From Lytechinus pictus (lineage: Eukaryota), in assembly GCF_037042905.1 (NCBI RefSeq), contig NC_087246.1:8682001-8746000 (forward strand): 64,000 nt of DNA. The letters are read 5' to 3'. The position numbers and the translations under genes are program-made. Below, piece by piece: positions 20,101 through 63,445 of this stretch. Below the pieces are notes generated by a model, which saw only the letters and a program-made list of their open reading frames with translations, did no database searches and was not told the DNA's origin. Within the stretch, counting starts at the first letter, position 1, and every line of letters begins with the position of its first letter.

Positions 20101-21954
20101 CTTTTCAGAAAGTTATCTATGGTAGTTCTACTACATTTGTGAATTTTGTTTTCATAAACTTTTCAGTTATGTTTCTAAAATGCTAGTTCTACTACACTTG
20201 TACTAGATGTAGACTTGAACTTCCAAATATATTGCATGCAAAAAAAAACTACATCCTCTATTAAAATACACCCGATCCCATCTCGACAGGGTAAGAAGTG
20301 ATACCGAATGAAAATACATTTAATATTTATCTAAAATTGTATTAAAACTAAATCCTGTATGATGAAATGTGTTTGATGATAACATTTTATATGTAGCACG
20401 TTCCACACCAGAATGGTTATATATATATATGTATATTAGTATGTTTGCCATTCAAATAATACAATAATCACAATGGCATTAGGCCTAGAATGCCATAAAA
20501 AAAAGAAAACGACTTAGTCATGAACTATGCAATCTAACTACAATCGATCAGAATATAACTTATTTTTTATAACAATGAAATCTCATTATACGTTATAACT
20601 GTAAAATCCATGTATATCAATTTTTTTACATGCTTAGTATTCACGATGAGTAAGTGAACTATTTACTCGTGATTTTATCGATATTTAGTTTCAGTGTATA
20701 CATTTTCACTCACGTTTCAAATCCGTCTTAGACAAGATAACACGTTATGAATCTATTTAGTATTATTTCAAATGATAAAAATCGCTGGATCTTAGATCAT
20801 CATTATTCTTTGAATTCCCAGCTGTGGTTGTGCGTTTAGACATTAATAAGAAAATTGTTACTTTATTTACGCTTTGTTAAAAATTGAAAGAAATTAAACT
20901 ACTGATACAGAGCTATTTCATTGATTAATTCAGTGCAAAGAGCGGATTCTTGCTAATTCAAAATTTCAGTAATTGGTAAATATTAGGTGTTGGTTTTCGT
21001 TGTTATGTTGTAAGAGGTGGAGGCGGTAGATTACGAAATGAGATTTCAATGGATTAGGACATTGGATTAATTAATGGCCTAGGAGGAATTATGATTTGAC
21101 CGGTATAAATCACCCATAACAGGTGTTAAATAGATCCTTGCCAAATTAAAAAAGCACTGTAAAGATATGAACCTCAGTCTATTATGTGTCATTTTTACAG
21201 GTGAATTTATGAAGACAAATACTCATACATCTTATTTGATCTTGCATTTAGCGTGATTAGTATCGTACTGAATATTTCGACCATAGTTCTGAATGTAATG
21301 CCATTGTTTTCAAATAGTCTGTGAATGCAAAACAAACTGTCTATAGATAAAAAAAACCGTTTTGAATACAAAGTTACTTTTTATGTATTAAAAAAGCAAT
21401 AACCTTGTTTATGCTTTAGAAATGACAGATTGTTTGGTTTTACTTAATTCCTTAAGTCGAATGAAAAGATGGGGTCGTAGAAACTAACAGGTATATTATG
21501 TTGAACGTATATGCTATTACCAACTTTATCTAAGCAGTCCCTTTAGTATTCAATGAGAGGTTTTCTATATTGTATGCGTTATTACCTTCTAGATACATCA
21601 ATACATTTTGTTTATTAAAACCATATGTTAATAATTTGAAATTTAAAAGACAGAATGTTGCAAAAAAGTTAAACGGCTATATATTCATTACTTTAAGTCA
21701 TTCATTCTTCATTATTAAAGATTTTTATGGAATGTAAATATGTATGCCGAATTCTCTCCACTCTTTGAACAGACAATGGAGTTGAATTTATTGAAAATAG
21801 ATTTATATAGTTAGCTATATTTACTTACTTGTACAATAAGAACATCTCCGAAAGCTAAACCCTTCTTTGTCCATCAAGGACTAAGTGAGAAAAGCAATGA
21901 TATTCGCGCGCATAACCTGACATTTTAATACCCAGCCAGGCAAGCATATATGTA

Positions 21955-22030
21955 CAGGAAAGTGAGTCAGAAAGTGGAGAGCGCGCGGATTCCTGCAAGC
22001 TGGTTTTTATTCGATCACGACTGTCTCAGT
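21955..22030 (+). promoter_or_regulatory. Candidate MMP-B proximal promoter: ETS site (CAGGAAA 21955-21961) abutting AP-1 (TGAGTCA 21963-21969), Inr-like TCAGT at 22026-22030
   Basis: Motifs seen directly about 300-375 bp upstream of the exon-1 ATG; the start site is inferred. Confidence 0.55.
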
Positions 22031-22329
22031 GGTGCAACCGTCCCTCGATCCATCAACAAGGGAGGGAACAATCTCTCCTTCATCAAACTCAACTTTATGA
22101 TTTTTATCTTCAAAGTAGCACCACCGGACCAACTCCTTGACAGGACACAGTAACATTTTGTAACGCCGAGCCTTACAACTCCAACATCGTAATTCATATT
22201 ATAACATGAAAGGACAATAATTATTGTATTGTATTTCCCGCCTCTTTTTTAATTGCATCAACGTTATAAGGAATATTATCCTGACGAAAAGAAATCCCCT
22301 TCGAAATTCGTATTCATCAGATTTACAGG

Positions 22330-52419
<30,090 letters not shown>

Positions 52420-52444
52420 CGTCGTCTACTAAAAAGTCTCTTCG

Positions 52445-52450
52445 AATAAA
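52445..52450 (+). terminator. First candidate polyadenylation signal (AATAAA) after the MMP-B stop
   Basis: AATAAA 25 nt after the stop; other AATAAA hexamers occur further downstream, so the site actually used is unknown. Confidence 0.3.
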
Positions 52451-53564
52451 GCTTTCAGAATGAGAAGGATTAATATTATTGACTGTCTAAATATACTGTA
52501 TCTGGAGCCGTGAAAATCATATAATCGTCGAAAAAGGCCAGATAATAATATGTTATTAGGGATTCATTGGACGATGATTGACCCAGCTAACTTTTTTTTT
52601 CACACACAATAATGACAATGCAAAATTCAAGGTTCAAATATTCACAACGCTTTTTTTTTTAAGATACTGATACTCTTGATTTTCTTTTATTTGCCATTCT
52701 AAATACTGATTTTAGATGCGACTCTCTTGGAAGGAAATGGATATTTCTCTGTGGAATTTAAGTGGTATATTAAATCAATATAATATTTATTTGGTGAAAC
52801 TCCTTTAGTATAAATGTGACGAAGACGAATACATTTTCTTTATTTAAAAATCTGTTTCAATCATATTAAAACCACATTTCAAAAAAATTGTATATTTGTT
52901 GTGTAGGTGCAGTTATTGCTAAAGATATTTAGAATGAATAAACAGACGCATTAAAATAATTAAGTCGTATTTTTCTTAAATCATCAGTTTATAAAACCAC
53001 CTATGTGTAATATCATGACTTACTATACTTCGCACTTTACAACTGAATGCATTTCATTAAAATTCATGTGATACGCTTGCAATTCATTTATGACAGTACT
53101 TCAATATGAGAGATCAAAATTATATTACGGAATTGTCAATAGACATTTCATTAACAAGTTAGTGTGTCAACAATATTTATCTAACTTTTTTTGAAATTGT
53201 AAATATCATTTTCACATCACGAATGACATAGTAATATGATAAAAATAAGTGCAACCACCCTGCTAACAGTCTAAAACACTGTTAAAGGGTATATTACAAC
53301 GATGGTGGGATTAAAACTTGTGTGATGCATTTTAAAAATATAAAATGCCTATGTGTGTCTTAATTTGTATAAAAGAATTGTATACATTTTTGTCTTTCAA
53401 GAAGCTTAATTAAAATGTGTTTATGCACCATAATTTTGTTGTATCAGAGTATTCTTTTATCATATCAGTAGAAAAATAAATCAACATCAGCCATCGCCCG
53501 GGAAGGATCCATGAAGTTATACGAAGATGACGGACATAATTATTTCTTTGAATTAAAATTTAGT

Positions 53565-53820
53565 CTGTTTCTGTTTATGGTAACTCCCGTAGGAACTCGG
53601 CAGGACAGCGTTTTGCTGGTAAACGCCAAGCTGGTATATAACCAATTATCTAGAAAACATTTTACGTCTAGGATAATCAGTCATAGTGGCTGGCCTTATA
53701 GACGACAGATATTACCCTCGGGCCTTTTTTATCAAAGTGGAGACAATGGCAGAGTAGGGATTCGAACTCACAACCTTACGATTATGAGTCCAATGCTCTA
53801 ACCACTGGACCACACGACCC
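53565..53820 (-). mobile_element. tRNA-derived SINE, family 1, copy 2
   Basis: Reverse complement GGGTCGTGTGGTCCAGTGGTTAGAGCATTGGACTCATAATC...GTTCGAATCCC; collinear with 4567-4810. Confidence 0.9.
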
Positions 53821-54002
53821 GTGTCATTAGTAGAGCAAGAATCCGCCATCAACAATGTGTATGCCTGTTATAAATCTGTGACACACTTTATGTTAATAGA
53901 CCTGCGCTCACTTCTGATTTTGCATGAAAATATAAAACCAATAACAAATGTATGGAACATAGACACTTGCATGTACTGTATGTATAAATTTCAAATCATT
54001 TA

Positions 54003-54118
54003 AATGTAGGATAAAAGAGCACTGCTGATTAAATACCTTGCTTAAGGACATAGATGACGTAGACGGGATGCAGACATTCATGTGTCTCGTCAGGCGCCTT
54101 AGACAACTCGACTACAGC
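54003..54118 (-). mobile_element. Old degenerate tRNA-SINE fragment
   Basis: Minus strand GCTGTAGTCGAGTTGTCTAAGGCG...GTCCTTAAGCAAGGTATTTAATC; a related piece AAAGAGCACTG..GAT.AAATA.CTTGC lies at about 42559-42597. Confidence 0.45.
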
Positions 54119-54745
54119 ATTTTATGTTGCATGTGTTGTGCATACAACCGACAACTTCTAAGAAATCAATCACAACTTTAAATATTACCTTTTAACTAGA
54201 TTTTTTAAATAGTGCTTTGCTTGTTTGTTGGGGGTTTTCCTCTCTTTAATTGTCTTCATTAAAATCGATTTCAAGTTGGGCTTAATATGAATCATTTGGT
54301 TCGGTGTGTCGTATAACTTTTTAGAAGCTGTAGGTCAAGTGTAAAATTTAATAAATAATGATGAAATTATATAATATAGATAAAAGTTGGGGAACCTCTG
54401 AATGTGATATATGATTAACAATGCTATCATAATCTCAATGGCGTATGGTGGATGACATTAAGATTAAATAATTCAATAGCTGGAACAAAGATAATGATAA
54501 GAAAGAAAACTAACAGACATAACTATAGTCTTGAAAAGCAAGAGTGGCTGGCTAGCCTATATAATAGTACGGGCTCGATCTTTTACAGTTATACCTGATG
54601 GAAGAGGGCGCATTATCTTCCCACTAGCCAGAGCCATTAATTACTCTGCCACTTGCTCCGTTTGCCGATATATATTCGACACTGCCCAAGATATATAAAG
54701 GTTTAAATGGGGCAAAGGAAAAAGGGAAAAGGAGGGGAAGAGAGG

Positions 54746-54778
<33 letters not shown>

Positions 54779-55904
54779 GGGGGGAGGGTGGGGGGAGAGA
54801 GCAAGCGAAAAAGAGAAAAAAGGGATAACAGATGAGCCAAGATGAGAGGTATTAAATAGAAAGTGATAGAGGAAATGCATGGATGTGGATATGCTAAGAT
54901 ATGGATCAGAATAAGTTTTGGGGACATCAAAAATGAATTTATAGTTCTTATGATAATTTATTAAATGTTACTCTTGTTGAAATTAAGGACCAATCTGTAA
55001 TATATACATGTAATGTCACAAGGTTGTAGGCATGAACTATATGACTTTGGATTCTTTAACCGTCATAACTGACGCCTTACTGGACTCTGACGTCATCATT
55101 CTTTCCCCTACTAAATAAATAGTCAAGGATATAAAGGAGGGGACAACGGGTGTATAAGAAGAAAACAACACAAGAAAATCACATGGCCGATTATGACAGG
55201 AGAGCATGTCTATAAATGGCGACAGGAACTTCTAAAATTACCCAAGGAGGATACACACCTATGAGTGTACTGCAGCAACATGACGGTCGTATCCAGGAAA
55301 TGACGTCATTCAAAATGGCCTCCTTGATATAGGGTGCCTCTTATGTCATTTGGTGCTTAGCTTTAAATAAAAATGTATTACCCCTCTTACATTATGTATA
55401 AACTATATCACTGTGACATTTTAATTAACTCCTAGTTTGATACTCTGGATGATGTTTTGGTTTCATTAGGCCTATACTTTAGAAATTGTACCATTTTGAT
55501 TGGAACAATATTTATACTAAATTGCTTGCGGGCGATAAGCATATCTGAAATCATCGGATATCAACTTCTGTTAAGAGGTCATCAGAATGGAAATATGACA
55601 ATTGCCCGAATTAACGGAGTGATGTGTGTCGTGTTTATATATAATCATCAAACTAGTTTCTAAGTAAGAATAAACATGATAAAACGCAAAAAGAAATATA
55701 ATCTGTTTATACATGTATATCATTTCGAAAGGTCAATAACGAGATCGTCAGGCTACTTTCTGAAGATGACACAAAGCTAATGCTTATAAGGAGAATGTCC
55801 ATATGAAATTCAGGCAGTCTAAAAATGTTTACCAAATCGATTTATACTCCATCTACGTGTAACTATTCGGCCCACTCTCAAGTCACTGTCATTGGTATTA
55901 TACT

Positions 55905-57980
55905 AGTACAACATAATGAATATTAATCAATCGACTTAATGCAAGGATAACAAATAAGTTTTGAATAGGATGTTCCATCACCATTAATAAGAAACGACAT
56001 TAAAACAATGCAACCATTTTTTTAGGGGACTGAAATCAAACGAACAGACTTGGTCTGGATTCAATTACTTAATTATGTAAGGTAAGAAGGTAATCAATTA
56101 GTGGTCATTTTGTTGTCAGAAATCAGAGGTTAATAAAGCCATCATAATGTCCCGTCAATACGCCTAAAGGGTGAAATGAAATTATTTGACTAACTAGCAC
56201 TTCTCTAGTCAAATCAGAACAAGTATACAGAAATATCGAATCGAGCTTGTCCAGTGAATTTGTGATCCAGTTAAATTTCCTTAATAAAATCTTCATTATC
56301 AGAATTGAAAATTAAGAATACCGCTCCTGCATTCGCCTGATATAGCGCCATGAGTTATATTCTAATCAAATCGATCAGGGATGACTATACTCTTCAGACA
56401 AATGGCCCTGTGAACTCGTACAGCCATTTATAGATTTTGACCAGAATGGGACCCGTTTACATGGATAGTTTTTTATTTCGTCTAGTGATTACTGTTGGGA
56501 CCGTTGTTAGCTCTCTCTCTCTCACACACACACACGCACACTCTCTATTTCCTTCCCCATATCTCTCCTATTTTCTTTAGACAGGGTGGTCTCTTCAGTA
56601 CACAAAAAATGCCTTTCAAGAGAGCCCTGTACACATTATCATTATACATTGTAAGGTATTGAACATCGATGGTAAAACAAAAATGGTCAGATAAACACAA
56701 ACATGCCAAATAAGGTAAATGAAATTGGAAACCAAATCTACACACTTTAGTATTACAAATTATACATGGAGTGACCAATGGCAATAGCAAAACTACTGTA
56801 AAGTGGCAAGCGATAAAGATTAATTCACAGATTGAAAAGAAGGTATCATGCAATGTATACATTGGGATATAAACGTTCGAACAATATAGTACAATAATTA
56901 ATATAGATCAAATGACAAATAGGTGAAAGGAGACACTTCTCCGCCATGGAGGGGGTCTTCTTTTTATTTGGCAACCAGTAAATTGACTATTTTCGCCATG
57001 TGTTTTATACCGAACCGCCTCCTCCAATGTGTTTTGTTTGTTTTTAGTTTAAGTTTATGATTACTAGATTTAAAGCAACAACGAACCGGCAGCCTTAATA
57101 GCGCCACCTCAAGTCCTCATCTACTCACATCTGGCCAGCATATTTTTGTATAAGCTGTGTAGTCTTATTATATAGACCCACTTGAATGAATACAAACTAG
57201 TTTGACACTCAATGCATTTATTCCACATGAATTATGTTACCAAGAAGCAAAACAAGTTCTTCCTCTCGGAAACATTTTAAGTACAAGTACAACATAATGA
57301 ATATCAATCAATCGACTTTATGCAAAGAAAACAGATCAGTTTTGAATGGGATGTTCCTTCACCATTAATCAGAAACGACATCAAAACAATGCAACCATTT
57401 TAAGGGGGCTGAAATCAAACGAACAGACTTGATCTGAATCCAATTACTTAATTATGTAAGGTAAGAAGGTAATCAATTAGTGGTCATTTTGTTGTCAGAA
57501 ATCAGAGGTTAATAAAGCCATCATAATGTCACGTCAATACGCCTAAAGAGTGAAATTAAATTATTTGACTAACCAGAACTTCTCTAGTCAAATCAGAACA
57601 AGTATAGAGAAAATGTCGAGCTTGTCAAGTGACTTTGGGATCCAGTAAAATTTCCTTAATAAAATCATTATCAGAATTGAAGACTGAAACAAATTAAAAA
57701 TTGAAACCAAAAATTGAAAATTGAGAATACTGCCCATGTATTCGTCTGATATAGCGCCATGAGTTATATTCTAATCAACTCGATCAGGGATGACTACACT
57801 CTTCTGACAAATGGTCATGTGACATTGTACAGCCATGTATAGATTTCGACCAGAAAGGGACCCGTTTAAATGGATATTTATTTTGCTTATTAGGCCCACT
57901 TGAATGGATACACACTAATTCGACACTCAATGCATTCATTCCACATTTAATTATGTTACCAGGAAGCAACCATTCTAAGT
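55905..57980 (+). repeat. Tandem duplication of a ~690-bp unit (55905-57285, interrupted by an insert at about 56480-57165; and 57286-57980)
   Basis: Collinear similarity from AGTACAACATAATGAA to TTATGTTACCA.GAAGCAA in both copies. Confidence 0.92.
56570..56900 (-). mobile_element. Probable LINE 3' UTR remnant
   Basis: Minus strand ends ACAGGGCTCTCTTGAAA...GAGACCACCCTGT (stem-loop) then an A-rich tail; lies within the insert unique to duplication copy 1. The 5' boundary is approximate. Confidence 0.5.
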
Positions 57981-58929
57981 TGTCTGTATGAATTAAATTA
58001 TAGGCAAATCATTCCCTGTATTACTGATGGTTATATCCAAATGAATTTTACACAAGTTAATTAAAACACAAAGGCAATGAGAGGCCAAAAAAGTGATGGT
58101 CACTTCGCTCCCCTTTAAGAAATATTTATAAGGTGTTGTCACTAAATGGCCGCTAACGGAACACACGACGCATTGTATGTACATAGTGAAAAAAAGGGAA
58201 GTGTTTTTTTTATTCAGATTGCAGATAAGCATAAGTATTCCTTCTAAATCAATGTTTAAAACAGATATTTTTTGGGGTGGGGGATAAATATGCAGTGCAT
58301 ATCATACCAATAAATACGTAGGCTGTATGTGAATGTCAACTCGGTAAAATGATAAACAAACATTAAGTAGGGTAATTTCAAAATCACGTCTAAAAAACAA
58401 CATCTTTTAGATGAGAGAGCCTAAAATAATCCAAAGCCTACTTTTTCATGTTTTCCGAAAGGTGGACATTGCACAATAAAATACAAGAGGGGTGTGGTTG
58501 TGATACATTTGTTGGTTATACCTAATTCCCAAAATCAGCCATTTAAAACAATTCCCAAGGAATATGATGAAGATCGAGGTGGTCGATCGCATCGAAAGAG
58601 GAAAGTGACTCATCCTGAGTTAGATCTTTAGCAAACCACGTGTCTACTGAAGTCTTAATCATGAGATTGATGAGCATGATTCGTTTGGAAGTTTAGAGGG
58701 TTGTTTTTCCATTTATCATCTTTGAATCGCAAAGAAAAAAGTTGAAAACTATAGCTCCCAAACCATGAAATGCATGAACAGGACATTACTCTACCTAACA
58801 TAATTTTTGCCTATATTATTAAATTAGAAGCAATTTTTAGACCATGGGGATCAGATTATGCAATACATATTTATAATTGCAAGTTTTTGCAATTTCAACC
58901 GGGACGGATTCTACAACATAGTAAATTTA

Positions 58930-59132
58930 TTGAAAATGCCTATCGAATCACAATGACTAGCGTAGAGGGCTTTGTCGAAAATTGTTGAACAGAAACAGCA
59001 GATCGTCCTAAGATTTGGAACTGACGAATAATTTGAAATATGTCATTGTCCATAGCTGAGGACGACACTGCTGTTTTGATTCACCGATTTTCGACAAAAG
59101 CTGCTTCTTTGTCATGAAGGGCTTTTGACAAT
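58930..59132. mobile_element. Old palindromic MITE-like element
   Basis: GCTTTGTCGAAAATTGTTGAA..AAACAGCAG.TCGTCCT pairs with AGGACGAC.CTGCTGTTT..TTCACCGATTTTCGACAAAAGC; centre near 59035. Confidence 0.65.
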
Positions 59133-60475
59133 AGATTCTCAACGTTCCAAAAAGCATCTGCGTAGTAGTTGCGAAAACTACCTCATACCTTTTCGGAGTC
59201 GAATTTATCCTAAGTCGAATATCTGTGGTCCCAAAGATTCGACTGACACATACTTGAGTTGTTTTTCAGTTGCTTTTATCTCTTAAAAGGCCCTATCACA
59301 ACCCTCTACAAAACCCAACTACACCCACCCACACACACTGACAAATACATCTTTACGCAATGATAGATCCAGGATTTCCCTCAATGTGGAGGCCCATAAA
59401 AAGGGTTCTCGTTGACTAGAAATTACGTCATTGTAGCGGAAGAAAATGCAAGCAATAACAAAATAATAATTAGAAAAATATTGCCTCTATACCAAATCAT
59501 AATGTGTATCTCTAAAAGAAAACTGAAAAAAAGGGGATATTTGTGTATCTAGGGGCGGGAGCCCAGTGCACGCCATCATAAATAATAAATGAACCATGGA
59601 GCTATTAAACATGAATGGACTGACAGATCATAATCATCAAGATCCGCCACGCACGTTCTCTTATCACACACTTTCACATAAACCTTCATCCACACACACA
59701 TCATTCTATGCAGACATCGATGGGACATGTATGCAGCCCTTACATCAGCGATAATGTCTGATATAATTTCATTCTCAGGTGTTCAGTATACTTACTTCAC
59801 CCCTTATTTTTCTATTTACATTATTCCTGGTACGCTATACTGGATTCTGTTCTAAAATATTCCTCATTTCATTCACAATGAAACTAATCCCAGCTGATAA
59901 CTTCAAACCTGGCAAGGAATACCAGATTTTGTTGGCAAGTGTTTATTACTAACCTCCCTATTTTTGTCCAATTTGACAAGGGCGTTAATTTGATAAATTT
60001 TGGCCCGATTTCGCAAAGTTTTGCCAAGGTTCAAACCTAAATAAGTGTCTTTGATATCTAGCCTTTCGAAATGTCTCCAAAGTGGCGATAGATAAATAAT
60101 ATTTTACGGTATGTGTTAATCAGGAGATCATTTTTAAAACAAAAACAATTAAAAGAACATTTAAAAATCAAGGAATTGTTTAGAAGTTTGCCGTAATTTA
60201 TTGGCACATATTCTGCTAATCCATTCCAAAACAATTTAAATAATTTTTTTAAATAGCTAATTGAGATTGACTGTGAACTATTAACGAAACAATTGTATAA
60301 TTGTGACAAATTCAATAAATAAAGTCGGTTGTTCCCTTATCATAATACGTAATTAAAATCGAAGTGAAATCCTAATAAAATGAAGGTCATTGAGAAAAAT
60401 ATCATTGTAGGTGTATTAAGTTTGTGTAATATCATTCAGACAACAGAAAATCTAAGATCTGAACTGAAGACTGCG

Positions 60476-60780
60476 TTGATTGATTGATTGATTTTATTCG
60501 TCAAGAATATCACAGGTGATTACAATGAATTTGAAGAATACGTTGACAGGATAGCCCATGAAAGCCGAAAAGCTTATTTCCAATGGGGTCCTATTGTTAG
60601 TATAAAACATTGATATATTGCAACAACAAAAAGTATGAACCACGACAAGTACTGGAATATGGTAACAAAAGACATATCCATCAGTCAAAAATTTGCAAAC
60701 ACCTGAAGCAAACAATAATCTACCTAATATATGAAACAATATTATATTTTAACATACAATACTAGAAACAAACTGTACAA
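60476..60780 (-). mobile_element. LINE 3' end (CR1/L2 group) with stem-loop and (ATCA)n tail
   Basis: Minus strand AGGACCCCATTGGAAATAAGCTTTTCGGCTTTCATGGGCTATCCT, then AATAAA(ATCA)n. The 5' boundary is approximate. Confidence 0.55.
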
Positions 60781-61344
60781 AATGTGTGATTTTTACTGGT
60801 ATTACTGTACTCGAGTAGATTACAGCTTTAGGTGCTTCTTTAGTGCACTCTTAAAGTGATGTGATTAACAATTAACAACTTATGACTCAAATATATTTAA
60901 CATACCTTGCTTAATTCACCTTTAATCCCTATAAAAATCACTCATTTGGAAATTTTATACTAATCCAAAGTATTTATGCTAACTTAGCAAAACATTGAAT
61001 ATGCAACTTGGAATACTGCAAATTGATATAAAACCAATAGACGGATCTTCGGCTGAGAAAGGTTTTATTCTATTTTTAAATAATGCAAATATATTAGAAG
61101 GGTCTTTTACCTTTCAACATCCATTTCATAACATAGCATACATTATACACCTTTGCAACATTTTGCGTTTTAGGATGTGTTGAGGTCATCCTTGGTAGAT
61201 ATCGTTCAGGGGTTCGTTGAAGATTTGGTCAAAGAAAAGCCCTTTGAAATAAATAATGGAATCATTAAAGATTAATGTGGTAGCAATTTCAATATAATGT
61301 ATACAAGTTCACAATGAGTATCAAAAGCATTCTAACGGTATTTG

Positions 61345-61419
61345 ATAATAATAATATTAATAATGATGATGATAATAATGATAATAATAATAATAATACT
61401 TCTACTTCTACTACTACTT

Positions 61420-61478
<59 letters not shown>

Positions 61479-61494
61479 GCTACTACTACTACTC

Positions 61495-61533
<39 letters not shown>

Positions 61534-61560
61534 ATAATAATAATAATGATAATAATAATA
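61345..61560. repeat. Compound microsatellite (AAT/GAT)n-(CTA)n-(AAT)n
   Basis: Directly visible; explains the homopolymer ORFs at 61289-61712. Confidence 0.95.
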
Positions 61561-62934
61561 CCAATACGCTTATTAGCGCATATCACTGTCAAATGCGTCC
61601 ATATGCGCTCCTTGAAGAAAACAGGCTTACATCGAATTACATTGATCACATTAAAGTTTATCGGCAAATTATTTACTGAATCAAATTCTATGACAGCTAA
61701 ATGAAACAACAATAAATTTCTTTTATTTTGTTTTTTGGAAACCTTCTAGTCTGCCCCACCTTTCATTAAGTTCTACTGACTTCTCTACGGACTTCACCCC
61801 TTTCTTAATCACATCAATCCTCAAATAGATTCCTAAATATCATATTGGGTCATTGCTAAATGTCATGCTAGCCTTGGCCTGTTTTTCACTCCCAAATTTT
61901 GATATCACGTCACGATTAGTTGCCATAGCAATAGACGCGATGATTGGTTTCTTCCGATATAAGTCAGGGGTACAGGAGAAGAATCAGCTCCCATGCTTGC
62001 TAAGATCATAGTAACATGGCTTTATGAAAAATCTAGAATACATACCACTGCTGTGTTATTCTATCGGAATGAAGAAAATCCGGGGTTCAATGGTACCTTG
62101 CTTATGGGACTTATGCTGTTAGCGCGCCATTTTATCTACGTTACTCTTATTTAAATTAAATAACTGAAAATGTTATTTCAATAGTTTGAACGTGTTTATT
62201 TCATCGAAAATGATAAGTAATAAGACGTGGAACACGACATTACGCCCTAAGATCAGGGTGAAAATATCTTCTGTTCTGGCTTTTGCAAGATCGATGTCTT
62301 CATGAATGGCAAATATATATTTCAGAATACATTTGAATCTCCTTTTTTCGACGTCTACCGTCTGCCGGATTTTCTTTTACATTCTTTTATTTCTGTACTT
62401 TACTTTTATTATTCTCATACACACATTAAGCATTGAACGTAAAAACTGACTCCTATTAACATGCCCTATTTCGCCCTTCCTACATGCCTCTTCTGACGTC
62501 ACTGTCTTTCGTTTTGTTATCGGTTAGTATCTGATGAAATGATAAACAATTATTTGTTTGTTGCTCCTAACAGCTCCAACGAACCATAAGAAAACAAACC
62601 CTAAGCAAATTACAAGTGAATCATATATTTTACAACAATCATAAGAAAGTTTATTTATAAAAGTGTAAAAGTGAATGAACGTGATAGTTCAGAGTCACTG
62701 CCTGATCTACGTTCTCATCCTTGTCAATTATGTTGATTGTAACGAATGAAAGAATGACTGTATGAATGAATAGATTAGCAAATTATTGTTTAATATTAAA
62801 CGAACAAGTAATTAAATAGCATAAGCGAATGGATGACTAAATTATTAACGACTTAACAATGTAAGACGAAACTTAAATTAAATCATAAGCCAATATTGAT
62901 TTATCATGTTGGAGGGGTATAATTGTTTCTGAAA

Positions 62935-63445
62935 AGTCACATCAACCCCAATAAGAAATTCATTATCACTAATACACTTATACGTTGAAAATTTCATCAA
63001 ATTCGGTTTCATATAAAATATAAAAGTTAAAGCATTTTTAAGTTACATGTACTGTTCACAAATCAATGACAGGTTATAGACAATTTAGTTGGTATTCATT
63101 TAATAGATTCGATGATGTCACACACACCCGCACACGACAACCCCACACGCACACTATTTTTTGGTAAAACATGACTTCACAAATAACCGGGGTCGGGTTA
63201 TTACAACTTATCAGGATTCACACGAGATCATTTATTATATAATCTACAAAAATAAAGAAAAATATTTTAATCAAATGATAACGTATAGGGCAACAGTGAG
63301 CGTGTATAGCGTCATTATTACTACATTCTAGTATCCTTCTCTTTGGCAAAATCATACAAAACTTTATAATGTCATAACATTCTTATTTTTACATCCAATT
63401 TTGACATGATTTTCAATGTTTATATGCTTGTTCGAATTTATGCTG
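62935..63445. mobile_element. Highly degenerate Kolobok-type MITE (related to 16505-17103)
   Basis: GAAAATTTCATCAAATTCGG on the left; GTCATAAC.TTCTTATTTTTACATCC.ATTTTGA...ATGCTTGTT on the right. Confidence 0.55.

Noticed and set aside
55457..55663. Signal-peptide exon of a third MMP
   Set aside because: Starts at TTG rather than ATG, and lacks a clean hydrophobic core with an in-frame phase-0 donor.
61289..61712. Poly-Thr/Leu/Ser/Val ORFs (also 25588-25810)
   Set aside because: Reading frames through (CTA)n/(AAT)n microsatellites, with near-uniform codons and no splice context, unlike the poly-Gly exon.
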